DNA of 60,855 bases, the filler included, from Dugesia japonica (Eukaryota): NCBI GenBank assembly GCA_001938525.1. It is 6 parts of 6 records of this genome, joined end to end, with 100 filler letters (N's around TTAATTAATTAA, not from the genome) between each part and the next. Parts side by side here need not be neighbours in the genome. Positions count along the whole stretch, not along the records: positions 11,921 to 20,708 come from MQRL01589119.1; positions 20,809 to 29,500 come from MQRL01643743.1; 4 more parts are not named here. The stretch is one strand, 5' to 3'. The notes under the pieces were generated by a model. It was not told the DNA's origin, searched no databases, and saw only the letters and a list, made by a program, of their open reading frames with translations. A program made the position numbers and the translations under genes. Position 1 is the stretch's first letter; the number at the start of each line of letters is the position of its first letter. Positions 13,870-27,190 of the stretch are shown here, piece by piece.

Positions 13870-14580
13870 ATCACTCAAATCGATGAAAATCTTTCAAAAA
13901 TTGAATAATGGTCAATGAAATCGTTGAAAACTATTTGAAATATGGCAAAAACTTTTCAAAAATTAAATGGAAATCAATAGAAATTCTCAAAAATTATATA
14001 AAAGTAAATACATTTGTCAAAAATTTGCCTGAAGTCGATAAAAAGTTTCAGTAGGTAGATTGGTCAGCATAACCCCATCATTTTGATTGGTAAATTCTGC
14101 TCCACCCTTTTCCCCCTCAGATCAATAATTATTGACTATTGATTTTTTGATCTGATTGATTATGGATTTTTAAAGTGATTATTGATGTTCAAGTTCGTTT
14201 TCGAGTGCTTTTCTTTTTAAATTTTTTTTGGCGCCAAATTTAAAATTTTTTTCTTTTCTTCTTTTTGTGTATTCTATCTTTTTTTATTTTTTGTAAGGTT
14301 TCGATGTTGTATTTCAATAAAGTTTTTAAGTCTGTATCTAATGACATAGATAACTTTTACAAAAATGTTCCTGTTGGTGACGCGTTTTCGGATTTCAGGT
14401 TCCAGTGTTGCGGTTTTTTGTCGGATTTTTTTGGATGAAAATTACTGTATGTCAATAAAGGTTTTTAAAGATTCGACAGAAGTCAATGGACGTTTTAATA
14501 AATTTACTAGAAATCAAGAAAATCTTTCAAAAATTTACTATATGTTAATGAAATTTTTCAAAGATTCAAATCAGGAAAAT
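13870..14580. repeat. Degenerate ~31-bp minisatellite (units like GAAATCAATAGAAATTTTCAAAAATT) at 13870-14045 and 14445-14580
   Basis: Recurrent a(a/g)tc(a/g)at...tttcaaaaatt units on both sides of the 14050 terminus. Confidence 0.55.
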
Positions 14581-14850
14581 CAATACAGAATTGTATGAAT
14601 CACAGTTTTCTGCTTAATAAGAGTTTTCCAATTAATAAAATTACAATCGTCAATACTCAATCATCAAATCTTGGGGGATAAAATTGGTTAGCAGCTTACA
14701 ATAAACCTGAAAATATACTGGTTTTCGATTCATTTGGATTTTATTGAGCAAAACTTGTTAAATTTTATATCTAAAATCACCAGGGTGATTTAAAAATAGC
14801 AACACGTGTCAACAGTATATCTGTCATCTACAGGGAAACTGCTCTAAACT
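14050..14850 (+). mobile_element. Deleted Polinton/Maverick derivative: AGTAG terminus plus adenain protease remnant
   Basis: Starts AGTAGGTAGATTGGTCAGCA followed by a C-rich run; E2F-like TTTTGGCGCCAAATTTAAA near 14225. 14640-14750 translates TIVNTQSSNLGG*NWLAAYNKPENILVFDSFGFY, homologous to the protease at 60090-60498. Confidence 0.7.
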
Positions 14851-15371
14851 ATGAATTTAGTATATATACCGAAAATTCCGCATTATGCAAACGATTATTA
14901 AATTGACTCAATAAAATTCTAATAAAATAAACATTTAATAAGATCTAATCATCGTTGCTTTGAACATCACTCTTCCAAGTCTTTTCCTCCTCTGAAAGAG
15001 AATTATATAAATAATTTGCTAAAAATAAAGGTTTTATTGTTTTTATAAAAAATTCTTTTTTTCAGTGTAAAATATTTTATTGGTTTATTTATTTGCAATT
15101 TTTTATTTTTCCCATAATACTAATATGTCATAATGTTAACTTTGTAATACTTACAANNNNNNNNNNACATTATAGGTAATGACTCATATTTTTACCGATT
15201 TACGGATATTTTCATTTTTCTGTAATTTTCATACAGAAACACAAAATGCGCGAATAATCAAAATTTTTAACAAATTCATTATGAATCGTTTCAATATTAA
15301 AAATCATATTCAAGTGAAAAGTTGCATCAAATATCATAAGATTCATTTTTAAAATATTCTTTTGAATGAAA

Positions 15372-15802
15372 TCAAAGATTTCTATTGGCGACTCCAATCA
15401 AAAAATAGTAAATCATGTTAACAATTAAAGTTCCAGTTCTATATGATTCAATAATGGGATTAAACTCAGAAATATCGAACATTCTGACATTGTTACAAAG
15501 ACCAGCTTGATAACAAATAGACAGAGCTTCTTCTGAAGTTAGTCCAATCGACGACGGACAACTAACACCAGGACAATCACTAGACTGTATACTATCCAAG
15601 TCAAATGAAATGAAAACATTGTCATATTTTTTATTATTTATAATTTCAACAAATGTTTCCACAGTAGTACGTTTCATTGTAGAATTTTCAAGTAAAGAAC
15701 CATGCAGGTCCTTCAACCAAATGATTTTCCCACCTTTCTTTTGAACGTATTCTACATGCTCAGTAGAACACTGACTTCCTTGGCTAGCAAATTCAATGAA
15801 AT
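15372..15802 (-). CDS. Arginase/ureohydrolase-fold enzyme, formiminoglutamase (HutG)-like; terminal exon
   Basis: Acceptor ttag at 15806-15803, then open frame FIEFASQGSQCSTEHVEYVQKKGGKIIWLKDL...VFISFDLDSIQSSDCPGVSCPSSIGLTSEEA...FDISEFNPIIESYRT...*. Contains the DxD metal motif, PGVSxP and ExNP. Confidence 0.85.
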
Positions 15803-16029
15803 CTAAGGTCTAAATGTATTTAATTAATTACTTGCTCAAACAACGTATTAAAAAGAGTTTAATACAATATAACAATACTAATATAATAATATGTTATATT
15901 TAAATGATTTAAAGGTTGTTTTAATATTGTTGTTATTTTCAGTTTGTTTCAAATTTTGTATAAAAGCTATAAATTTGGAGTATGCTAATAAATGATTTGG
16001 TCATAAGCCCAGCTGAGTTTTATGTATTG

Positions 16030-16745
16030 GACCAATTAACGTATGGGAAAAACCTTATTCTCAGAAACGAGATTACCATTAAACTTTTCAACGGAAATCA
16101 CAAGTAACTGCTGGAAACAAGTATTCGGAAGTTTGTATGATGAAAAGCATACCAAGTGAAGGAAAACTTATAGATACATGCACGACAATACCAGAGAAGG
16201 ATCAGAACTTACTGATTAATGACAATGATTTCATCGCATGGTTTGACAATGGTAAATGGGCCNNNNNNNNNNNNNNNNNNNNNNNNNNNNCTATTGGTTG
16301 AAAATATTGACACAATTACCCGATTGCTTCTGGTGACTTGCAGTTATTCAACCGCGAAATACAAAGCTGAACATAAGATGGAATATTGGTTGAATGCGAT
16401 TATGAGAAACACGATGAAGTCAGGAACATGATGCCCATCGTGAGTGTACGACAAGTCAAGGGCAGTAAAACGAAAGTGCGGCCTTTACTTGATTACATGT
16501 TCTTAAATGATCAAATTGTTAGTTACCCACATTGGTCACTTTCTAGATGTCAAGAAAGACTCGGATAATGGCATATGGTGGGGCCTGGTTGTACTTTTAT
16601 GGAATTCTACAAGGCTTACTTAAAAATTAAAATCGACAAAGATTTGTAAACATACCAAGTTGTACAGTTTGGTGATAGGCTATATTTTATGACTGGGCTT
16701 TGCTTTGGTTTGAAAATTCCACTAAAGGTTATGTCAAAGTTATTT
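16030..16745 (+). mobile_element. Decayed LTR-retrotransposon reverse transcriptase fragment
   Basis: KVRPLLDYMFLN, EFYKAYLKIKIDKDL*TYQVV, MTGLCFGLKIPLKVM. Confidence 0.75.
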
Positions 16746-17424
16746 ATCAAAAGGGCACTTTATTATTGAGTTTCACCAGAACAATATTAATACCTTAAAA
16801 TCATTGACGCCTAAAGTGTCAGAGTTCAATGTTTACATTAAGTTCTGAAATGTGATATCAAACTGACTCACTGCCTTACTAACCTTCTTCCAAAAATTTT
16901 AGTGGTGTATTAATTTTACGTGTGTTTAGTGGGACAATAAAAATATATAACAGATGTGCATATTTTTACGTAATAGTGGTGTATGAAATTTACGTATATT
17001 TAGCGGGAACGATTGGATTATGTAACTTTAAATCGTACTTTTTGTGTGTGGCCAGTTCAATTTTTTAATTTATTTGTATTTAATTTTCGCGCTCAACTTT
17101 TGGCGAAAAATTTTAATTTTAAATTTAATTTTAATTTAAATTACATTTCATCACGCAAAATTCTAAAACAACATATTAAATTTCTAAGTCAAATATAGTA
17201 TTCATTATTGAAAATAAACACTTCAACATGGAAAATAATCAATTTGTCATGAAAAATTATAGTTTCAACACAAAACATAGACACTTAATCATATAATACA
17301 GGTATCATCATGGTAAATATACGAGTCATCATATAAATATTAGATACACTACATATGAAGTATAGAACGCGTCATTCATAATACAAATTTCAAAATAAAA
17401 CTTAAAATTCAAAAGATTTTAAGA

Positions 17425-17650
17425 AAAGAATTTATCAGTTAAAATTTAATAAGAATCAAATTTTATCAGCTTAAAATTAATACAAAATTAAAATTGATCA
17501 ATTTGAAATTAATATGAATCAATATTTAATAGCTTGAAATTAATATGAATCAAAATTTATCAGTTTAAATTTAATATGAATTTAATTTGATATGCTTAAA
17601 AGTAATACGAATCAAAATTAAACAGCTTAAAATTATTATAAATTAAAATT
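17425..17650. repeat. ~31-bp AT-rich minisatellite, about 7 copies
   Basis: Units like TTTATCAGCTTAAAATTAATATGAATCAAAA. Confidence 0.75.
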
Positions 17651-18719
17651 TAAAATTGATTTTTGTTAAATCATATTAATTAACATATCTCAAACAATTA
17701 TTTATTATTAAATAATTTTGTTTAAAAATATTAATTAAATATGACCAGAACAGAATAATTTTATTATTTCTTCATTATTTTGCCATTTTAACAATATCAA
17801 GTAAGATTTTTTATTTAATTTGCTATATTATTAATTTTAGATTATTTAGGAAAACTTATTATGATTTATTTATTATGATCAATGCTATGAAAGCTTATTT
17901 TGATCAATGTTATTATAAAATTTGATAAATTATGAAAATAAGTAATGATTTATTTAAATTAAACGGTAATGATTTTTTTAAATTGTAATAACTTTCGTAT
18001 TAATTTTATTTTAAGTTAACAATTTTTAAAATTCATAATTTCTTTTCAGTTAATAAATTGATCTTCAGATGATAATTGTATACGTTATGAATTCTTAATG
18101 ATATGATTAAAGTTATTGTAAATATGGTAACGTTTTACGAATTGTGATCATTGTTATGAACTTTGACAATAAATAAGGATTTATTTTTATTTAAATTAAA
18201 TGGTAATAATTTTTATTTAAATGGTAATGTTTTTCTTAAATGATTTATCCTAATGAATTTTTAGTAGTGCTTTTCTTTAATGATAATAAGTAATGATTTT
18301 CAGTAATGATTTAATTTAAAGATTTATTTAATAACAGTTGACTTTGAATGATTTACAATTTTGCGGCTTTGTGTCCAGCCAATATTGACGTTGACGACTA
18401 ACTGTTTTTATCTTATAAAGGTTATGCAGTTGTAGCAATGCATATTTGAGACCGAATGTGAACAGTTGGAAGCATTACTGCCATAGATGCATATACTGTA
18501 TTCAAGCTTAGTCTAGTTTAAACTACACAAGCTGATCAATAAGTTCAATTATGAACGGACTGGATTGGATGCTAACGAACCTTGATGGATTCGCTCCATC
18601 GGAATATACATATCGGAGGAAATAATGTAATGGTATGGAATTCAAGCAAAACTGTTAATGAAATAAAGTATGAAAATAATTTATAATGATATTAATAATT
18701 TTACTAAGACATACAAATT

Positions 18720-19635
18720 AGTAGATGGATAGTAGCACATAACACCACCTACATTTAGTGACCCCACCCCCCCCGGCCCCTTTACGTAATCGGATTATTA
18801 CATAAGTGGTTTTGAATTTTTCTAATGTAAATAGGCGGTGGCACACAGTAGTTGATAAATATTTTATGAAATTGCAGAGTAGTCGATAAAAATATTTTGA
18901 AATTGCACAGTAGTCGNNNNNNNNNNNNNNNNNNNNNNNNNNNNNNNNNNNNNNNNNNNNNNNNNNNNNNNNNNNNNNNNNNNNNNNNNNNNNNNNNNNN
19001 NNNNNNNNNNNNNNNNNNNNNNNNNNNNNNNNNNNNNNNNNNNNNNNNNNNNNNNGAAATTACACAGTAGTCACAAAATATTTTATAAAATTGCACAGTA
19101 GTTGATAAAATTTTTCTGAAATTGTACAGAAGTATTTAAACATTTTATAAAATTTACATGAAGTATGCAAGATGAATGAATATTTTAATGCATTACATAT
19201 AAAGTTTGTGTCCATTACGAGAGTGAGAATAGTGCAATATGAATAGAACTCACTCGACATTCTAATATTACTCAAGTAAATGAATAAATGATAATTAATG
19301 ATTCTAATACTGACAAGTTTCATAACCCACTAATGTATTCATATAATTACTTGGCAAAAATTGGTTTCAAATGTTAATATTATAGGAAAGAATATATAAA
19401 CATACACAATACTCGTTACCAAGAGCTTTATCAACACAATACTCAGTACCATTAAGTCTTAACATATATGATACTCACTAACAGCTATATAAACACAATA
19501 CTCGCAACCAACAAGTCTTAATACATAATGCTCGCCACCATTAAGTCTTAACATATACGATACTCGCTATCAACTACTATTAACCTATACAATTCTCACT
19601 ATAATCAAGTGTTAACATAGATAATACTCACTANN
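18720..19635 (+). mobile_element. Polinton-like terminus followed by two different ~29-30-bp tandem arrays
   Basis: AGTAGATGGATAGTAGCAC nearly matches AGTAGATAGATAGTGGCAC at 53961; C-run at 18762-18780. Arrays AAATTGCACAGTAGTCGATAAAAATATTTT (18840-19160) and ACACAATACTCGCTACCAACAAGTCTTA (19400-19633). Confidence 0.55.
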
Positions 19636-21099
19636 NNNNNNNNNNNNNNNNNNNNNNNNNNNNNNNNNNNNNNNNNNNNNNNNNNNNNNNNNNNNNNNNN
19701 NNNNNNNNNNNNNNNNNNNNNNNNNNNNNNNNNNNNNNNNNNNNNNNNNNNNNNNNNNNNNNNNNNNNNNNNNNNNNNNNNNNNNNNNNNNNNNNNNNNN
19801 NNNNNNNNNNNNNNNNNNNNNNNNNNNNNNNNNNNNNNNNNNNNNNNNNNNNNAACTATTAACCGGTTAATTGTTCAAATTTTTTCACCTTAATATAGAA
19901 AATTCCTTTGATAATATATTTCTAATGCGTTTATTCACCTATTAATCATCACCTTGTAATATAAATTTATTCTTTCATTAATTAAAATTCTAACCAATTA
20001 TTCATGAACCTAATATTTATCTTTGAAAATAATTAATTAATTAAATTTTCAAAGNNNNNNNNNNNNNNNNNNNNNNNNNNNNNNNNNNNNNNNNNNNNNN
20101 NNNNNNNNNNNNNNNNNNNNNNNNNNNNNNNNNNNNNNNNNNNNNNNNNNNNNNNNNNNNNNNNNNNNNNNNNNNNNNNNNNNNNNNNNNNNNNNNNNNN
20201 NNNNNNNNNNNNNNNNNNNNNNNNNNNNNNNNNNNNNNNNNNNNNNNNNNNNNNNNNNNNNNNNNNNNNNGTATTATAAGTATTTTAGAATTCATTTTAA
20301 AATATATTTTGTTTTAATATTATGTGTACAATGTGTATATTTTTTTTTCAAATTTTTTCGAAGTAAGTAAGTGTTTTATTTTAAAATAAATTTTTTGATT
20401 TAAATATTTTAGAACAAATGAAAAGAAAATATGTTAGAAGATAGAGAAATAAAGAATTTCGATATGAAAAATTGATAAAATATAAAGATTTACCTATCAT
20501 AATGTCTTGGGAAAATGATCTATCAGAGAATTAAACCTGAAAAATGAAACCACCTGTATCCATTCTTCGGTAAGAAACCCAAGAGTTAGTTGATATAGTT
20601 AAATCTATTGTCAATAAAAAACATGAAAAATACTATTGAAAATGAGAATTGTGAATAAGGAATGATGAGGTTAGTTTATTTATAATTATTATTCTTTTAA
20701 TTATTATTNNNNNNNNNNNNNNNNNNNNNNNNNNNNNNNNNNNNNNNNNNNNTTAATTAATTAANNNNNNNNNNNNNNNNNNNNNNNNNNNNNNNNNNNN
20801 NNNNNNNNAGTTATTTAAATTTTCTCTAAATAAAAATTCATAAATCATAGGAAATTAGTTTCAATAATTCTTATTTGTAAACAATTATGATTAATTTCTT
20901 CAAAAGAAATATAAATTGTTTTTTCTTTATATTATTAATTTAGTCCTTTTGTTTCGATCTTTAATCTTGATATTAAAACAAAACTATTATTATAATTTTT
21001 ACTTCAATATATAAATTACATTTACATTGGTAAAGTTCTCAATAAATAACAACACATAACAATATATAAATAAACACTAATAAATTTCACGCATCTGCA

Positions 21100-23605
21100 T
21101 GGCAGGAAATCCAGGAAATTATATCCCTTATATATATGTGTGTGTATGTATATATATATATATTATTTTTTAAAGAAATCAGAAGCGCAAAAATTTTTTA
21201 TTTCGTTATTTAATAAATTTTGAGATTAATTAGTTTTAGATTTCATTCACAAATTGCTACCATGCTTGTTCTAATAAATATATTTGTCCAGATTTATATG
21301 ATAGATGAATAGATTTATAAACTTTTATTTAGGATTGCTGTAGAACTTTTAACATCAGTAATATCGAAGAAAATTCAAGAAGATCAACTATCAAAACTAT
21401 GATCAATAGATAATTAATCCCGGTTTATGAAGCGGTTGAAATCAGTGTTACTGCATTTGAAGAAAGATTAAGGAAAGCATTACAGAAACCAATTTCACTT
21501 ATTATTGATCTTTAACGTAAAATGGAATACCGAAAAGTATCAATTACTGCAGAAAACATTTTTGAAGTTATATATCGTATGATGAAAAAGTTATTATGAC
21601 ACAAATGGAACCAAAATGAACTAACAAAGTTATTTTAATGCATTGTGTTGATGACAAAGAAATTCAGCAAGAAATAAATATATGAGAAGCAGTAACAACC
21701 GTCAGAGCATGAAGAGATATTTTGAGCGAGTTAACTCTAGAAAGAGGATTATAGTTGTTAACTGTTGCTAAATTATTAGGTTCGTTTTCAATAAATGAAT
21801 TCATAAAATAATTGGAATAACTTCAACATTTATTTAGAACAATATTTTAAATTAATATTCTAATTCAGAATATTAAAACAAAGTTTTTCAAGGCTAGTTT
21901 ATTTTAATGTTGGCAAAATTTACTGGCTATAATAATCAATACAAAGCTTATTAAAATTTTTTAAAATATGATGATTTTCGATAATTACAAATAGAAGCTT
22001 CTTTTTAAACTCCTAATAAGAGCGATATAGAATCTTATTTGAATACATGGTAATCGAACGAGATAAATTATATAAACGAGACATGTATTTAATAGAACTC
22101 AGATTAAAACCTAAAGAGAATACAGAACTAAAATTAGAGTATGATGATGGACAACCAAGAAACCTCGAGTTATAGTCAATCAGTAGAATCAGAACAAAAA
22201 TGAGAAAAGTGTATCAAGAGGAAATAAATAAAATAGAATATTTGAAAATAGTACATGATAACCAAGACTGATTAATAGCAAACGTGGAAAACGTTAAAGA
22301 TAACTTTTGCAAAAATTTAATTAATAATTCACGAGAACTATCAGTATTTTAAAAGAAGGTGAAACTAAAGAAGTAGCGGATCGATTGAATCAATTAGGCA
22401 TGATATTTGGGAAACCTTCAACGAATCAATGCGATCAAGAGTTTTATTACATAAATCGGAAAGCCAAAGCAAATAGTGAAGAAAACCGTATATTTTCTAG
22501 ATTAATCAAGTAAAGAATTCGTGATAAAGACAACAACAAAATGGAAAAAGTTGATAAAACATATAATCAAATACATACATCATAATATTAGATAACAAAG
22601 AGTTATTAAGCAAAGAACTAATTTGAACATTCAATATTTGATGGAAACAGCCGAATAAATTATATATTAAACCAGGATGGGTCAAGAAATTTATTAAAAG
22701 GAAAGTATCGAAAGTCAAAACGATGCCAACGGAAAAAATAATTTAACCGCAAATTACAAAGTATACACAACCAATTATTATAGACAATGAATAGTGAACG
22801 AGTAATGCAACTTTAAAATCAGTAAAATAAAAAGAAAACATATCTACCAAGAAGAATACGACAAAAGAGAAGATAATTAAACAAATATTTGAATTACCGA
22901 GTGAAGATGACAAAGAGCTACAGATAACTAATATTAATCCAGATACGATAACTAAAGTACAAATAATAAGGGAGAAAATGGTAAAAGAAAGATTCAATCC
23001 TATGAAAATGGATTACGCTATTAAAGATGAATAATTTTTACCGAAAATTCCAGAAGTTATTAAACATAAACCGCTTTCACTGATAGAACTTGAGCAAAAT
23101 AAAAGAATGCCGACAATTTAGAATACGAATTTTGGAGAGAATAAACGAATTAGACAGTCAAACTGCATAGATTGTGCTAAATGTTTTTAGAATTTTATTA
23201 GCAAGTGAAGAAGACGACAGCAACGTGGATACGCAAAATTTAGCACCAATGCTAACCCCAGGATTCAAGGTATTGAAGAAGAGGTTAATGATAAATTGTC
23301 GAACAATGGATTGTATGATATACACAGTAGTATGTAGCTCGATAATAAATTCAAAGTTGTTACTCAAAGTAGACAAATTAATGACACGCAAAACATTGGG
23401 GGAATCGATAATGATAACAGGAAAAACTGTTGAAGTGGTTGGAGAAATAGATTGCTTAATACATACTCCAGGAAGACAATTTATGCATGGTATAATGAAT
23501 ACCATAATAATCGAATGTATTATTGGATTAGAAGTAATTAGGGAATGCAAAACCGAAAGGAATTTTGAAAACCGGTATATTAAGTTTCTACGGAACCAAA
23601 ACTAG
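21100..23605 (+). mobile_element. Decayed Gypsy gag/protease region
   Basis: Retropepsin-like RLMINCRTMDCMIYTVVCSSIINS (degenerate DTG) ... CIIGLEVIRE. A-rich coding bias upstream. Possible LTR end/PBS (CA then TGG) near 21100. Confidence 0.55.
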
Positions 23606-24647
23606 TATCCCCGTTTCCAAATCCGAAAATTTGATACTTCAAAAAAGAATTCAGGTGATTTAATTATTGAACTTTATTTCATATTTTATTACAAAATTAT
23701 TTCATTTTTATAATAATTCATTAACAAATAATATATTGTAATAGAAAATTACAAAAACTATGTAGCATTACAAATAAAATTAGCGTTTTAGTTCTATATA
23801 TTTTTAATTGTTTTAAAATAAATTCGCAGGAAACACAAAGCATCAATTGGCTCATCGTTTAGGTTTGTTCGAAGTTTTGTACAGATTTGAATTGCAGCCG
23901 AAAATGCTCTTTCAGACTCAACACTTGTAAGACGGATTTTCAATACAACATCATAAATTTACTGGATATATTTGACCGTGTTCCGTCTTCTTCAAACAAC
24001 GCCATTTCTTTTTTCAAAAGATTAGAATTATTTTGGATTTTCTTTGTTTTCTTTCTGGAAATCACATAATTTACTTCTTTCAATATAACCTGATCAAGTA
24101 CTTCCTTCACACTACGATTTCCAAATTGGTTCTGCAGTTCTTTAATTTCTTGAACTTTACAATCATTATAGTCTGCATCGCTATTTTCGTCACTAACTTT
24201 CTCTTTTACATAAAATAAATCGAATTTTTTTTATTTTAAATCGTATTCAACAAGGATTTGCGTATTAGAATTTTAGTGAGTTTTGAAAATGAAAATCTTT
24301 TTAATCTGCAAAGCACGTTTCTTTATTTACTTTAAATGCATCATGTAAATATTGAATAATGCCCGAAGTTTCAGTGTGACGCTCATAAATACATTTCTTA
24401 GGTTACTATTTAAATCGTTTTGTCTGTTATAATTAAAAACATTTTGTCAGATTTAGTGTACTGCAAGACTAATAGTTCCATAGATTGTAATTAAATTAAT
24501 ACGGAGTTTGTATCATTCAATACCTAAATTATTTGAAAACTAAAAAACCTAAATTGAACCAACAAAAACCGGTATTGAAAACCGGCTAAAAAAATGGTCC
24601 GGAATCCCGGTTTTCGGAATTCCGAGATCCCAGAATTGCATGCCCTA
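23605..24647 (-). mobile_element. Internally deleted hAT transposon
   Basis: hAT dimerisation domain TSVESERAFSAAIQICTKLRTNLNDEPIDALCFLR at about 23820-23935. Terminus TAGGGCATGCAATTCTGGGAT with repeated CCGG-like subterminal motifs at 24647-24570. Confidence 0.85.
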
Positions 24648-24824
24648 GACGTAATGCCTAAAATATTTCCAAGTGNNNNNNNNNNNNNNNNNNNNNNNNN
24701 NNNNNNNNNNNNNNNNNNNNNNNNNNNNNNNNNNNNNNNNNNNNNNNNNNNNNNNNNNNNNNNNNNNNNNNNNNNNNNNNNNNNNNNNNNNNNNNNNNNN
24801 NNNNNNNNNNNNNNNNNNNNNNGA

Positions 24825-26398
24825 AAAGATGTGCAAAAAGTAAACTAATAGATCACAAAACGAAGCGTCGTATGAAAGTTATACATCAATGCATAATTTC
24901 GGAGAAAATAGACATACAATCGAAACATGTGAAAAATCACCCAAATGTTTTATATATGAACATAAAAGAAATCAGTGTTTGAAACGGAATAAATCAAAAA
25001 AGTAAGAATTTAAAACTAAACAATCAGAAAACGATGACAAAGCAGTCCCTTGATTGGAGAACTAGAAGGGTGGCTTAATCATAGTTTACGGGCGAGAAAA
25101 AAACAGCCTTATTAGTTACAACAATATCAGTATTGCTCTGTGATATATTATTGACATTAAAGTGGTCTTACATTAAATCATCAAACACGAAAGTATTAGT
25201 AACCTATGAAGTCAACTAGAAGTAATTGGAAAATTAAAATGCAAAATAGAATTTCAAGGCAAAAGTGTTTTACATGAAATAACATTAATGAAGATTTAAT
25301 TCTGTCATTAATTTAAAATGTAGTATGACTACACTATATGACTACACTACAGATTATGGATCAAAACTAAATTTTTTTTAAAAAGATAACGAGATTTATA
25401 TAGGTAAAAAGATATTAATACCAAGGAGGAGTTAGGTATTCTATATAGCAAAGACGAACGCAGATTTTAATGTCAAAATGATTTTCGAACCGCATAAAAT
25501 GTTTTCAATAAAGTATAGATTACCAAAAGCCAGAAAAGTAGTAAAGATATTAGAGGCGCTCAAAATACCACTAAATGTGTCGAATACGACTGGAATATAT
25601 ATTACGATATATCCCAACTGAAAGATTGGAGGTTGAAACCAATAGAGGAAACTGAGGAAAAGATCGAGGAGAATGGAGAAACAAATAATGGATACACTGA
25701 AATGAGAAATGGTAGAATTAATGGAAATCGAGATTAATTCGAAAAAAAAAGAAGTAAGTCGAACGTTTAAAATCGAATCATTAATATTATCTATATCGAA
25801 AAAATGACAGTTACTGAATTATTCAAGGATATATTCGTGTTGATAACGAACTAGGAACATTTTCAGTGACAAAACATGCAATTGTATTAACAGATAAGAC
25901 AATAATAAAGTTAAAAACTAACAAAACATACAGAATTACACAAATAAGTTTGTAATAAAAAGGTCGATGAAATGCTCAAAAGTAACTTAATTGAATCGAG
26001 CTATTTAATATGGCAATTTTCAGTAGTATTAATCAAAAAAAAGATGGGTAAACAAGGTTTTGTATTTACTATTGATAGTTAAGTGCCAAGATGAAAAAAG
26101 ATATATATCTTCTGTGAGACATCAATGAAATGTTGATGCTTTTATATAATGCAAAAGTCTTTACACCACTAGATTTGAGAAGTTAATATTGGCAAATTGA
26201 AATCTAGGGGGAAAGTAAAGAGAAAACCACGTTTTTAGCAGGAAAAGACTTATACCAATTTGTGAGCATACCATTTGGATAAACAAATGCGCTAACATCA
26301 TTTCAGAGGACAGTAAATTTTGTGACTCATGGAATATCTCCGAGCATGGTATATATCGACAACTTCCTGATACTTTATGGCATTTGAGGAACACTTAA
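24825..26398 (+). mobile_element. Decayed Gypsy gag zinc knuckle, protease and RT
   Basis: Degenerate CCHC knuckles near 24870-24985; VVLIKKKDGKQ, FTPLDLRS*YWQI, IPFG*TNA, VYIDNFLI. Confidence 0.85.
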
Positions 26399-26400
26399 AG

Positions 26401-27190
26401 CATTGGTGTCAAACTCGTGGCCCTCAACAAACATTTTTGCAACCCGTCTAATATATCGGCACACAATAATATATAATAAAAAACAAACCAACGTAGAATA
26501 AAAATAAGATAGGTAGAATTCGCTTAACATTTTTTTAATTATACTCTTTTTTTGCTATTATTAAACAATTTGCTTACATTTATGTTGAATATATCACCAT
26601 TAGGTAACTAAAGTAGTTAAACATGAATAATATCTAAAATATGTCAAATTTAAATTACTGATTTTTTGACAGATGAAAAATTTTGAATTTTAAAAAATAC
26701 AAACCAAATTCTTTAAGAAAAGTTGATTAAATGTTCAACTGTTAAATAATTAATAGTAATTTGTTGATGAACGGAAAGCGGAAAATATAGATTATTATTA
26801 AGATGTCGTGTTAATAATTAAAAATCTTTAGCTGTAAAAACAAATGATTTACGTAAATTTTAGAGAGAAGGTAATAATATGCAATGATTAATAAGGAATC
26901 AAATCACATGTGAATAAACTTTTGAACAAGATTGTACCATAGATTTGTTCCACCTAAAATAGTTATTAAATCGTCCGTAATATNNNNNNNNNNTAATTCT
27001 CCAACTATATTCTTGAACGGATTGATGCACTTAAAAGAAAATATTTTGCTTTCGGAAAATAAAACGTATATAATATGTAGTATTATTGCTTAATTCATAT
27101 TACTTTTATTGATTTGTAACTCTAGGGCCTAGAGTTATAGTATTAATGCGGCCCTCTGACTAACGAATTTGGTCTAATTCGGCCCTGTCA
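26401..27190. mobile_element. Charlie-like hAT MITE truncating the Gypsy RT
   Basis: Starts CATTGGTGTCAAACTCGTGGCCC; (G)CGGCCC subterminal motifs at 27148-27187; right TIR decayed. Confidence 0.5.

Noticed and set aside
18840-19633. CRISPR-like appearance of the ~30-bp repeats
   Set aside because: Units are head-to-tail and degenerate with no unique spacers; no cas genes; eukaryotic context.
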